64,000 bases of DNA from Bryobacterales bacterium (GTDB lineage: Bacteria > Acidobacteriota > Terriglobia > Bryobacterales > UBA6623): positions 8,379-72,378 of the forward strand of contig JAPOOG010000032.1 of the NCBI GenBank assembly GCA_026713545.1, in the 5' to 3' direction. Under the pieces are notes generated by a model, which made no database searches, had not been told where the DNA came from, and was given only the letters and a program-made list of their open reading frames with translations. Positions 8,685 to 17,973 of the stretch are shown here, in pieces. The stretch's first letter is position 1, and each line of letters starts with the position of its first letter. The position numbers and the translations under genes were made by a program.

Positions 8685-11543
8685 TCAGTACACGTATAAG
8701 AATTCGTTGGAGTTGAACAGCGCCAGAGCCAGATCGGCCCAGGCGCGTATGCCGGGCGGCATCTCGCTCGGGTGCGGATTGTGCTCGTAAGGGCCGGTAT
8801 AAGCGGGCTGAACGAATTCGAAGCGTTCTCCGGTCAGCTCGCTTGTGATGGTGTGGACGATGTCCGTCGGCAATCGTCGGGCAGCAGCGGGGTTCCCCTC
8901 AAGGTGCGCCGTCATCTCCGCAACGAACTCTTCCGTCCAATCGCGCTCCTCGCTCGTGGGATCGCGGCCGAATGCCAGTCGAAATGCGCTCTCGACGCGC
9001 ATCCCCGCGGGCAAGGAATCCAGGCGCTGCGCCATGATCAGCGCCATGTCGCGCGACAGATCGGCATTGAGCAGGGCGAACGCCTGGGTCGGCACGGTGG
9101 ATGATTCCCGGCGCTCGCAGGTCAGGTCCGGATTTGCGCCGTTGAACACCTCGATCATGGGGTCCATCATGCTGCGCCGCTGGAAACTGTAAACGGAACG
9201 GCGGTTGCGTCTCCGCCGGGTCGGCTCGGCTTCGTAGACCGGCTGGAGGGTTCCCATCGCATGCCTCGGCTGGTGCGCTACTTCCGGATTGATCTGGGCG
9301 TACGTGCCGGGTCCGCCCGCGAAGTCGCTCAACTCGCCGGCAACCGCCATCATGCTGTCGCGAATTTCCTCGGCTTCCAGCCGGCGGGGTGAGAACCGCG
9401 CCAGGTAGATGTTCTCGGGGTCGAGCTTGTCCACCAACTCACGGTTCTGGTGATCGCTGGCTCGCCGGTACGCCTCCGAATACAGGATCACTCGATGGAC
9501 TGCCTTTACGCTCCAGCCCTGGTCAATGAAGAATACCGCCAGCCAATCCAACAGCTCCGGGTGCGAGGGCTTCTTTCCCATCTTTCCGAAGTTGTTCGCG
9601 TTCGAAGCCAGCCCGCGCCCGAAATGGTATTGCCAGACGCGATTGACCAGAACCCGGCTGGTCAGCGGATTGTCTGGATCCGCGATCCAGCGGGCCAGCG
9701 CGCTTCGCCGTCCGCTCAGGCGGTCCGGGATCTGCGGAGCCGGCAGATCGGAATAGCGCGCCACCGCTTCGAGCACACCTGGTGAAACCTCCTGCCCGGG
9801 CGCCTGGATGTCGCCTCCGGCCAGAACATGGGTTTTTGCTCGGGCATAGTCCCCCGGCTGCAAGTAGCTGTTCCGATACCTCAGGGCCTCCCATTCCTGG
9901 ACATAGCCGTTGCTGACCGTCATGGCCAGAGGCTCGAACCGCAACACGGACAGCTTGTGCATGATCACTCGCTTCCGCAGCAGCTTGAGCAGCTCAGCCT
10001 GCTCACTGCTCAGGTAACGCTGCAGCGTAGTGGTCCGGGCGTTGGCGGCGGCTTCGGGTCCCTTTGCCCGCGCGAGTCGCTCGCGGGCCGCTTCGTGGAG
10101 GTCGTGCATCCGGCGTTCCAGCTCTTCCAGGCGGGTCTGGATAGGCTTGCGGCCCTGGTCGAAGCCTTCCGTCGATTCTGACGGCAGGAACGGCAACGGG
10201 CGCCTCGCGAAAGCCGTCTTCGCGAAGACGGCTTGCATGCGGTAATAGTCCTTGGTGGGGATCGGGTCGAACTTGTGGTCGTGGCAGCGGGCGCAAGCCA
10301 GCGTCACCCCCAGGAACGACTGCCCCACGTGGTGCGTCACGTCGTCCAGGAAGAGCTGCCGGGTCACCGCCGCGACGGCCATGCCGGTATGCTCCCAAGG
10401 CCCCATCCTGAGAAAGCCGGTCGCAAGAATCGCCTCGGGATCGTCCGGGAACAACTCGTCGCCGGCGATCTGCTCGAGCACGAAGCGGTCGTATGGCTTG
10501 TCGCTGTTGAATGCGCGGATGACGTAGTCCCGGTAGCGCCAGGCATTGGGCCGCACGAAGTCATTGGAGTAGCCGGCGGTATCGGCGTAGCGCGTCACGT
10601 CGAGCCAATGACGCCCCCAACGCTCGCCATAGCGGGGAGAGTCCAGCAAGCGCTCGACGACTTTCTTGTAGGCCCCTTCGGATTCGTCGTCCAAAAAAGC
10701 CTGCACCTCTCCCGGAGTCGGAGGCAGGCCCGTCAGGTCGAACGTCAAACGCCGGATGAGCGTTCTCCTGTCGGCTCTCGGAGCCGGTTCGAGTCCCTTC
10801 TCTGCCAGACGGGCCAGGACAAAGCTGTCCACCGGAGTCTGCACGGCAGCCGGGTCTATCCTGCATTTCTCCCCACGCGGCGAGGTGAAGTGCGTGAGAG
10901 GGCCGTCAGGACGAGGCGCGAGCCGCTTGGCGCGCGCAGGCGTACTTGACCGTACGTCGAGCACGGCACGCAAGCGCAACGAAGTCATGGCGGTCGTATC
11001 GCGTGCTTCGGCCGTCGGGTGGGGAGAAAGGCAGGATATCCCTTCGGTTGGGGGCTCGACGCGCTTCACCGGCCGGAACGCCCAGATGTCGCCTTCCTCG
11101 AAATTCCACTTCGCCGTCGAGCGCCCATCCGCATAAGGGGCTCCCGCTGTGATCCATGCGCGGAATGCGTCCCGGGTCTCTTGGGGAAGCTGCTTCTCCG
11201 GCCCTCCGGGTGGCATGGCCAGCTCGCCGGCATGATCTATGGCCGACATCAGCAAGCTGTCGCCGGGCGATCCGCTCTCGATGGCCGGGCCTCGCTGACC
11301 GCCCTTCAGTGCGGCGTCCCGAGTGCGCAGGTCAAGATTGGCGAAGACGTTCCCTTCGCCGTGGCAGCCCAAGCATTGCTGCTTCAGCACCGGCTGGATG
11401 GTGTTGCGGAACAGTTCGGCAGGAGAATCCGCGGCGGCGGCTGAAGTCGCTCCAACCAAGCCGGAAAGGAAAATCAGGCCTGACCGCAGGAAACGAAGTC
11501 CTGACCCCGCACGGACCGCTTTCGATCGGTATCGTCGCCGCAT
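8685..11543 (-). CDS. PSCyt1 / DUF1549 (PSCyt2) / DUF1553 (PSD1) multidomain protein, carrying an in-frame repeat-element insertion
   Basis: Heme-like 'CLGCHG' near the N-terminus, then DUF1549-like 'PVDSFVLARLAEKGLEPAPRADRRTLIRRLTFDLTGLPPT', 'CARCHDHKFDP', and a DUF1553-like C-terminal part. Start set at the ATG at 11543 ('MRRRYRSK...'); the ORF is open to 11615. Confidence 0.85.
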   Translation of the reverse strand: MRRRYRSKAVRAGSGLRFLRSGLIFLSGLVGATSAAAADSPAELFRNTIQPVLKQQCLGCHGEGNVFANLDLRTRDAALKGGQRGPAIESGSPGDSLLMSAIDHAGELAMPPGGPEKQLPQETRDAFRAWITAGAPYADGRSTAKWNFEEGDIWAFRPVKRVEPPTEGISCLSPHPTAEARDTTAMTSLRLRAVLDVRSSTPARAKRLAPRPDGPLTHFTSPRGEKCRIDPAAVQTPVDSFVLARLAEKGLEPAPRADRRTLIRRLTFDLTGLPPTPGEVQAFLDDESEGAYKKVVERLLDSPRYGERWGRHWLDVTRYADTAGYSNDFVRPNAWRYRDYVIRAFNSDKPYDRFVLEQIAGDELFPDDPEAILATGFLRMGPWEHTGMAVAAVTRQLFLDDVTHHVGQSFLGVTLACARCHDHKFDPIPTKDYYRMQAVFAKTAFARRPLPFLPSESTEGFDQGRKPIQTRLEELERRMHDLHEAARERLARAKGPEAAANARTTTLQRYLSSEQAELLKLLRKRVIMHKLSVLRFEPLAMTVSNGYVQEWEALRYRNSYLQPGDYARAKTHVLAGGDIQAPGQEVSPGVLEAVARYSDLPAPQIPDRLSGRRSALARWIADPDNPLTSRVLVNRVWQYHFGRGLASNANNFGKMGKKPSHPELLDWLAVFFIDQGWSVKAVHRVILYSEAYRRASDHQNRELVDKLDPENIYLARFSPRRLEAEEIRDSMMAVAGELSDFAGGPGTYAQINPEVAHQPRHAMGTLQPVYEAEPTRRRRNRRSVYSFQRRSMMDPMIEVFNGANPDLTCERRESSTVPTQAFALLNADLSRDMALIMAQRLDSLPAGMRVESAFRLAFGRDPTSEERDWTEEFVAEMTAHLEGNPAAARRLPTDIVHTITSELTGERFEFVQPAYTGPYEHNPHPSEMPPGIRAWADLALALFNSNEFLYVY
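10860..11036. mobile_element. 177-bp TIR element, copy A, inserted in-frame in the PSCyt/DUF1553 gene
   Basis: Termini are CCTGCATTTCTCCCCAC ... GTGGGGAGAAAGGCAGG and the flanks are TAT/aTAT. Homologous to the copy at 55475-55651 and, partially, to 44489-44666, 30366-30450, 58036-58576 and 61880-61996. Confidence 0.8.
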
Positions 11544-11783
11544 GTGATCCCGAAAAGCAGGGTCAGTCGTCCGATAGCCCGTTGGAGTGCCGAACCGCAG
11601 CAGGCGGACGGCCAAGCACCCTGCAATGGTTGCTTCCCTATGGTAGCGCGAGACATCGGCCGGAAGCTCTCGATGCGGTCGGTGTGGCCCCGACTTTCAC
11701 GTACTCGGCAACCGGGCGCTGGACCGATGGGCGCTGATCGACGCTTGTCAAGCTGTCGTTACAGCATCCTTTGAATGACGCCC

Positions 11784-14279
11784 CTACGGGGCAGCTTCCC
11801 GCTGCCTCGCAACCAGGTTCGCGCGTGCCTCGCCATACTGCCGCTTGATGTCTTCCTTCTCAGCCTCGGTGTTCCAGGGGCCGGTATCCATCGCCTGCTG
11901 AAGCACTTGATCGAGGCGGTCGATGAAGTACTGCGCGTCTTCGTGCGAGCGAATCGGCTTGTCGTCGACGATCACTCTCACCGGCATCGTGGCCGCGAAC
12001 GGGAACGGCCGCCGAATCGGATGGGTCGCGTACTTCGCGCGCGTTCGCACGGCGAACCATCCGCTGCCGTCGATCGTCACCTCTTCGCTCAGGGTCGCGA
12101 TGCGCTTCTCGCCGGTCGGCTCCAGCGTCGCCACGACCTTGTTGTTGAAGAGCAGTTCGATCGATTCGATCGGCATGATCGAGCGCACTTCGGCCTTGGC
12201 TCGCATCGCGTGGGAGCCGGCCGGGAGGTTGATCGTGTCGCCGGGGTCTTTCCCGTTGATCGTGAAGTAGACCAGCGGTCCGGCGCTGACGAAGCTGCGC
12301 CCGGCCTGGAAGTCCTCGATCCACTTGTCGTAGTCAAGTTGTTTCCCGGTCTTCACGTAAACGCGGTTCGAGCCGATGATGTAGCTGCGGTAGAAGTTGC
12401 CGAAAGCGTCCTCGCCGGCTGAAGCCACCACGTCGTAGCCGCAGTTCCAGGCGCGGTAGAGCGGCTGCATCCCGCCGATGGAGTTGACCTCGACGAAGTC
12501 GACCGTCCCGAGCGCCATGTCGGCCGGGAAGTTGCGCCCGGCGCCGTGCGCGTACCCGGCCAGGGCGCCTTGTGCCCGCGCGACCATGTTCGGCACGGTG
12601 TTCGATGGATGCAGGCTCGCCACGACCGTGTTCTGGTAACCCACGTAATCGGGGATCACGTAATGCTCCTTCAGATTCAGGTAGGCGCCGTGCCCCCAGA
12701 AAGGCGGGTGATATTCCTGGTTGTGGTAGAGAATGCGCTCGCTGGTCGACACGGGATCGGGCTTGCCCGTGAAGTGGGCGATGTCGGGAATGCGCTGCTC
12801 CTTGTTGCAGATCAGGTTGTTCAGTACGTGGATGTCTTCCGCGTCCCCCTGGAACATCATCGTCTCGGACGGGTTGTAGTAGACGCCCGAATAGTTCATG
12901 TGGAAATGGTTGCCGCCGTCCCACCAGCCTTTATCGCGCGCCTTGTCGAGGCGCTTGAGGCGAATGGTGACGGACTCGGGGCGGTCCCCGCGAACCATCA
13001 CTTCCTGATCGACGGGCAGGAACTCGAACCCCTTGGCGACACCCAGCGTCGTCTTGCCCGGCGGCAGGTCGATCTCGAACTCGCCGTCCGTGTGGAAGTA
13101 GTGATACTCTTTCTCGTCCATGTGGTCGTACATGATCCAGTCGACGCGCAGCCAGCTTTCCTGGGGCGCGTAGGAACGGCCGTCCGCCGCGTTCAGATGA
13201 ACCCTCGCGGCCGTCACGCCGCCGGTGCCGTCGTCGACGATCTTCACCCGCAGCTTGCCCATCGGGCGCTTGTAGACCAGCTTGTTGGTTTCGACCGGCT
13301 CGAGCTTGCCGCCGAACCAGTGGAACAGCCACAGCGTGGTGTCGCCGGTTTCGTTCGAGATGAACGCGATGCGGTTGCCGTCCGGCGACCAGCGCGGGCT
13401 GGTGCGGTCGAAGTCGCCGTAGGTCAGCGGGAAGTAGTCGCCGCCCTTGGGGGGCATCGCCCAGAGTTGCTGCCACTGCCGCCCGAGGTACGAGCTGTAG
13501 ACCATCTTCGCCCCGTCGGGTGAGATCGTCGGCCGCGCACGCCACGTCGTTTCCTCGTAGTGAAACCGCGTCATCTCGGCGTCGGGCTCGGCCTTCATCC
13601 AATAGAACCCGCCCGAGCCGTGCTTGTTGTGCCGGTTCGTGATGAAGATCAGCTCCTTGCTGTCGGGCGTCCAGGTGGGGTGAAGGTGCACCGCCCACTC
13701 GCCGTAGTAGACCGTCCGCGGAACGAGTTGGAAGTCCTTGGTGATGGCGTACGGCTCGCCGAGCTTGCCGTCGGCGAAATCCATCATCCAGATGTTGTAG
13801 CGTCCCTGGGGCCGGCTGGAAACGAAAGCCAGGCGTTTGCCGTCGGGCGACCACTCCGGCTCGACGTTGATCGATACCCCGGAGGTCAGCGGCGTGACGT
13901 CGCCCGTTTCCAGATCGAGCAGCTTGAGGTGGATCTCTTCGTTGATCTCCGACGTGTACGCGATGTAGCGGCCGCCGGGATGCCACGAGGGCATCGATTC
14001 GTAGGCCGCTCCTTCTGTCAGCTCGTAGGCCGTCGTTTCGCCGACTTTGATCTTCCAGATCGAGCCCTTCATGCCGAAGGCGATTTCCGTGCCGTCCGGG
14101 GACCAGCTCGGGTAGTTCGGGCCGTTCGTGATCTGCGGGAGATAGCACTCGAGGATGTAGGGTTCGCCCGTCATGATCTTCGAGAAGACCCGGCGGCGCC
14201 CCTGGGCGTCGGCGTGGTCGGCGGCCGCCGCGAGAGCGAGGAGAACAAGGGGGATGCAGCGTAGGTGTGAGAGTCTCAT
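11784..14279 (-). CDS. Secreted PD40/TolB-like beta-propeller fused to a PHP/CehA-McbA-like metallohydrolase domain
   Basis: Sec signal 'LVLLALAAAADHADA'. Repeated 'WSPDG' PD40 motifs. His-rich C-terminal part ('GGNHFHMNYSG', 'YHPPFWGHG', 'GYAHG'). Paralog of 30714-33230. Confidence 0.8.
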   Translation of the reverse strand: MRLSHLRCIPLVLLALAAAADHADAQGRRRVFSKIMTGEPYILECYLPQITNGPNYPSWSPDGTEIAFGMKGSIWKIKVGETTAYELTEGAAYESMPSWHPGGRYIAYTSEINEEIHLKLLDLETGDVTPLTSGVSINVEPEWSPDGKRLAFVSSRPQGRYNIWMMDFADGKLGEPYAITKDFQLVPRTVYYGEWAVHLHPTWTPDSKELIFITNRHNKHGSGGFYWMKAEPDAEMTRFHYEETTWRARPTISPDGAKMVYSSYLGRQWQQLWAMPPKGGDYFPLTYGDFDRTSPRWSPDGNRIAFISNETGDTTLWLFHWFGGKLEPVETNKLVYKRPMGKLRVKIVDDGTGGVTAARVHLNAADGRSYAPQESWLRVDWIMYDHMDEKEYHYFHTDGEFEIDLPPGKTTLGVAKGFEFLPVDQEVMVRGDRPESVTIRLKRLDKARDKGWWDGGNHFHMNYSGVYYNPSETMMFQGDAEDIHVLNNLICNKEQRIPDIAHFTGKPDPVSTSERILYHNQEYHPPFWGHGAYLNLKEHYVIPDYVGYQNTVVASLHPSNTVPNMVARAQGALAGYAHGAGRNFPADMALGTVDFVEVNSIGGMQPLYRAWNCGYDVVASAGEDAFGNFYRSYIIGSNRVYVKTGKQLDYDKWIEDFQAGRSFVSAGPLVYFTINGKDPGDTINLPAGSHAMRAKAEVRSIMPIESIELLFNNKVVATLEPTGEKRIATLSEEVTIDGSGWFAVRTRAKYATHPIRRPFPFAATMPVRVIVDDKPIRSHEDAQYFIDRLDQVLQQAMDTGPWNTEAEKEDIKRQYGEARANLVARQREAAP

Positions 14280-14361
14280 GGCTCGGATATGGGTATAGCG
14301 TTCAGTTTTGAAACACGATCATTCAATCGAGGAATCATCTCCGCGCGGCCCCTGCATTTCT

Positions 14362-15456
14362 TCACTCGACTCCATCCTGCAGAACGTGGCATCGGGCAGG
14401 AACGTATCGTTTGGGGATCAGCGTGACGGTTGTCGTCCAATACGTGCCGATCTTGTGTTCGACAATGGAGCCCATCAACATGTGCGCTTCCCACTTGGTC
14501 AATCCGCAATCCTCCCGCAGCCAGCGGATCATGTCGGAGTTCGCTTCGCGCAGGCGCGAATCCGTATCGGCCTCCTTCGAGGGGTTGCTGACGATCGAGG
14601 CGATGTGCGTGTCGTTGACGAGCCTCGGACCGGTGAGGTTCTTGTTCTTGACGACGCGCACGGTGAACTGCACGTCCATTGACGTTTCGATGCCGGCGCC
14701 AAAACCTTCGCCGTCGCCTTGTTGCGCGTGGCCGTCCCCGAGATAGAAGTAGGCGCCCTCGTGAAAGACGGGGAAGTACATCGTGGCGCCTTCGACCACG
14801 TCGTTGTAATCCATGTTGCCGCCGTGGATGGACGTCGGACTGTATGCCCTCGTCGACTGTCCCGGCTCGCCGACGCCGATCGTGCCCAGCATCGGCCGCA
14901 CGGGTAGCTCGATCTTCCAGTCGGAGCGCATCTCGGGCTTCAGCCGGGGGCTCGTCGTGAGCTTCTCGAGATCGATGTCCCAGGGGACGAGGTCGCCGCG
15001 CTCCGGCCGCACTGCGTGCATCCCGAAAATTGGCTCGCGCGCGTTTTCGGTGTCTCCGGGCTTGATGCGGGCATCCGGGATGCCGCTCGTCGTGTAGCCA
15101 TAGTTGCGGTTCACGCGGACCTTGTCGAGATGGACTTCCAGGGCGTCGCCCGGTTCGGCGCCCTCGATATGGAACGGACCGAACAGCGGGTTGCCGCCCT
15201 CGGGTGGAACGTAGGGGTGTTTCAGGTGATGGATGCCCTTTGGGTCGCCCCCGCCCGAGTCCCACGTCTTGGTAATGACCGTGTCACCCGACTTGATGCG
15301 AAGAATCGGTTCCTTCTGGGCGGAAAGGTTGCGGGAGTGGTGATCGGGGTAGATCTCGTAGGTTTCAGCGCCGGCCAGGTGGCCAAAGAGCAGGGAAATC
15401 GCGAAGCAGAGGGGCGCGAGCACGGCTTGCCGCGCCGGCGGGCTGCCGCGGGGCAT
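14362..15456 (-). CDS. Acetamidase/formamidase (FmdA/AmdA) family protein, secreted
   Basis: Signal 'LAPLCFAISLLFGHLAGAE'. Family-like motifs 'GPFHIEGAEPGDALEVH', 'HGGNMDYNDV', 'YLGDGHAQQGDGE'. GGAGG RBS upstream. Confidence 0.85.
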   Translation of the reverse strand: MPRGSPPARQAVLAPLCFAISLLFGHLAGAETYEIYPDHHSRNLSAQKEPILRIKSGDTVITKTWDSGGGDPKGIHHLKHPYVPPEGGNPLFGPFHIEGAEPGDALEVHLDKVRVNRNYGYTTSGIPDARIKPGDTENAREPIFGMHAVRPERGDLVPWDIDLEKLTTSPRLKPEMRSDWKIELPVRPMLGTIGVGEPGQSTRAYSPTSIHGGNMDYNDVVEGATMYFPVFHEGAYFYLGDGHAQQGDGEGFGAGIETSMDVQFTVRVVKNKNLTGPRLVNDTHIASIVSNPSKEADTDSRLREANSDMIRWLREDCGLTKWEAHMLMGSIVEHKIGTYWTTTVTLIPKRYVPARCHVLQDGVE

Positions 15457-16517
15457 TCGTCACCTCCGAATTGATGACAGCGAGGGGGCAGATACTTCTT
15501 CTTCATGAGTGTGGCAATGGAGCCGTAGTAGGTGACGATCTTGTGCTCGACGACGGAGCCGAGCAGCATGTGCGCCTCGGGTGACGTAAGTCCGCATTCG
15601 TCCTGGAGCCAGTTCAGCATGTCGGAGTTCGCGGAACGGACACCGATATCCATGTTGCTGTTGAACTCGGGTTGACTCGCGATCGATACCAGGTACTCGT
15701 CATTGATGAGCCGCGGGATGCGCAGCCTCTTGCCCTTGTGCAGCTTCACCGTGAACTCGACGTCCATCGATGTTTCGACGCCCGCGCCGAAACCCTCGCC
15801 GTCGCCTTGCAGCGCGTGTCCGTCACCGACGTAGAGGTAGGCGCCGGAGGCGAATACGGGTAGCAGCACGGTTGCGCCCTCGACGATGTCGTTGTAATCG
15901 ATGTTGCCGCCGTAATCGCCTGACGGTCCCGACGTGCGCACCTGATACCCGGACGGGGCGGGCGCCACGCCGATGCAGCCCAGCATCGGGCGCGCCGACA
16001 ACTCCATGTTCCAGCCGGATTTGTCTTGCGGCCGCAGCCGCGGCGTGACGGTTTTCTTTTCGAGATCGACGTCCCAGGGAATCAGCGTGGCCCGGCCCGG
16101 CCGCACCCTGCCCATGCCGTAGTTGGGGTCATGGATCTTCTCGCCCGGATTCAGGATGCCCGGCTGCACGGCGAAGGTCGTGTAGGCGTCCTTGCGGTTC
16201 AGGCGGATCTTGTCGATGTGGACTTCCAGCGTATCGCCGTACTCGGCGCCCTCGACATGGAACGGACCCATCAGCGGATTCCCCTTTGCCGGGTACCGGT
16301 ACGGATGCTCGATGTGCCAGACGCCATCGCGGTCTTTGCCGCCCGAATCCCAGGTGCGCGTCTTGACGGTGTCGCCGGATCGAATGCGGGCTACCGGCTC
16401 CCTCTCAGCGGAAAAGACGGGAGAATGATGCTCGGGGTAGATTTCGTGGACGGCGGCGAGTGCGGGCAGAGCCGAGAGGATGAAGAAAGTGAGCGCTCCT
16501 GAGATACGTCGGGGCAT
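15222..16517 (-). CDS. Acetamidase/formamidase family protein (tandem paralog) with an apparent C-terminal read-through extension
   Basis: Start 'MPRRISGALTFFILSALPALAA'. Same motifs as the paralog ('GPFHVEGAEYGDTLEVH', 'YGGNIDYNDI', 'YVGDGHALQGDGE'). No stop at the position where the paralog ends, so the ORF runs 234 nt into the next gene. Confidence 0.75.
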   Translation of the reverse strand: MPRRISGALTFFILSALPALAAVHEIYPEHHSPVFSAEREPVARIRSGDTVKTRTWDSGGKDRDGVWHIEHPYRYPAKGNPLMGPFHVEGAEYGDTLEVHIDKIRLNRKDAYTTFAVQPGILNPGEKIHDPNYGMGRVRPGRATLIPWDVDLEKKTVTPRLRPQDKSGWNMELSARPMLGCIGVAPAPSGYQVRTSGPSGDYGGNIDYNDIVEGATVLLPVFASGAYLYVGDGHALQGDGEGFGAGVETSMDVEFTVKLHKGKRLRIPRLINDEYLVSIASQPEFNSNMDIGVRSANSDMLNWLQDECGLTSPEAHMLLGSVVEHKIVTYYGSIATLMKKKYLPPRCHQFGGDECPAAARRRGKPCSRPSASRFPCSLATWPALKPTRSTPITTPATFPPRRNRFFASSRVTRSLPRRGTRAGATQRASIT

Positions 16518-16611
16518 ATTGAGACTCCTATTCTTCAAGGGAAGATCCAGATAATATTTCCAATGCCAGCACGCATACCGGCTATGGGTTGTACGCTTTG
16601 CGGGGAACATT

Positions 16612-17874
16612 TCAGGTCGCTTTGGCGTGGCTCAACAGCGCTTCCTTGATGCCCCGTGCCGCGAAGATTTCATCGCCGTCGCGCATGCACTGTGTGGTGA
16701 GGCCGGCGCTCGGCCCGTCGCCGCCTCCGCTGATCAGGACGCGCGGCTGCCCTTCGCGGAGCTGCCGGTAGATCTCCCGCCCCGCTACGGGGATAAGGTT
16801 CTGGTCCCAGGAAAAATGCACGTTGTTGTACCCCTGCGTGTTGTCGACCAGCTCCGCCGTACAGCCGGGAACCTCGTTCAGAACATCGGCAATGTACTGC
16901 GCCTTCTTGTTCCAGCCCTCCAGGACCGCGTCATGGTCGAGAGACGCATACCGCCGAACGGCGGCGACGATACCCATGATCTCCTCTTTTCCGACCTTCA
17001 TGCCGCGGCCGATGGACTTGTACGGAGAGTGGTTGAGAGTGGCGGCTTCGATGAGATCCTTGCGGCCGGCCAGGATCCCGGAGGACTGCGGTCCGCGCAG
17101 GCCCTTGCCTCCGCTGATGACCACCAGGTCGGCGCCCGCTTCGGTATAGCGCGTCATGATGTCGGGCGGCGGCAATTCCGATGCGGCGTCGACCAGGACC
17201 GGCACCCCGTGCTGCTTGCCGATCTCGATGAACTCTTCGGGCATCAATGTCCCCGGCGGATTGTTTTTTTGTCGATAGACCCTGGCCAGGACGGCGATCA
17301 TGGCGGTCTTGTCGCTGATCTTGTCGATCATGCCCTGCTTGGTGTCGGCGTCGACGATCTTCATGCCGGCCGCGCGATAGGCCCGGTCGTAGTTGAAGCG
17401 ATGCTGGGTCTGCGTGAGACACTCGACTTTGTCCCAGGTCGGATGCGGCAGGGCTTCGATCTTTTCCTGGTCCGTGCCCGTCAGGCAAGCCGCCGCCCCG
17501 AGCAGCATCGCCGAGAACGAACCGGCGCTCACTACCGCGGCTTCAGCGCCCATGACCCCGGCGATGTAGTCCCCGGCTGCTTTGTTGAGGGCGTTCATGT
17601 CGATGAAGTAGTCGTTGGCTTCCTCCATCGCGCGCATGACTTCGTCCGGCATGCGGGACCCGCCGATGACGGTGTTGTGGCCCTGGCAGCTCAGAAACGG
17701 ACGCAGGCCGAGCCAGCGGTTGTAGATGCTGTCCTGACCCCAGGACATGGGTTCCTTGAGCCGGGAAGCGGCCGTGCCGCAGGCGGCGGCCAGACCGCTC
17801 AGCGCGGCGACCAGCCCGCGGCGGGTGATTTGCAAAGGCGAGAGACTGCTCAATTCCTTGGTGTGAGTGTCCAT
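16612..17874 (-). CDS. SelA-like (L-seryl-tRNA(Sec) selenium transferase / DgaE-like fold) PLP-dependent enzyme with Tat-lipoprotein-type signal
   Basis: 'ITRRGLVAALSGLAAACGT' (RR motif plus lipobox-like AAC). 'VISGGKGLRGPQSSGIL' resembles the SelA PLP-lysine motif. AGGAGG RBS. Confidence 0.75.
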   Translation of the reverse strand: MDTHTKELSSLSPLQITRRGLVAALSGLAAACGTAASRLKEPMSWGQDSIYNRWLGLRPFLSCQGHNTVIGGSRMPDEVMRAMEEANDYFIDMNALNKAAGDYIAGVMGAEAAVVSAGSFSAMLLGAAACLTGTDQEKIEALPHPTWDKVECLTQTQHRFNYDRAYRAAGMKIVDADTKQGMIDKISDKTAMIAVLARVYRQKNNPPGTLMPEEFIEIGKQHGVPVLVDAASELPPPDIMTRYTEAGADLVVISGGKGLRGPQSSGILAGRKDLIEAATLNHSPYKSIGRGMKVGKEEIMGIVAAVRRYASLDHDAVLEGWNKKAQYIADVLNEVPGCTAELVDNTQGYNNVHFSWDQNLIPVAGREIYRQLREGQPRVLISGGGDGPSAGLTTQCMRDGDEIFAARGIKEALLSHAKAT

Positions 17875-17973
17875 GGTGACCTCCTGGTTTCAGTGCCGCC
17901 TGGGCGGCTCGCGCCGCGGCGGCATGCCGTGCCCCTGCATGATGAATGCCGGGATTCGCCTCCGCGGGGGCGT

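Noticed and set aside
6040-8790. 916-aa ORF on the plus strand spanning the AGE-like and DUF1501 genes
   Set aside because: It is antisense to two well-supported genes. The composition is Arg/Ala/Val/Leu/Gly/Pro-rich with no motifs. This is a typical high-GC shadow ORF.
11544-11615. Longer N-terminus (start at 11615) for the PSCyt/DUF1553 protein
   Set aside because: The ATG at 11543 gives a charged n-region plus a hydrophobic signal ('MRRRYRSKAVRAGSGLRFLRSGLIFLSGLVGATSAAAA'). The extra 24 aa have no support. The choice remains uncertain.
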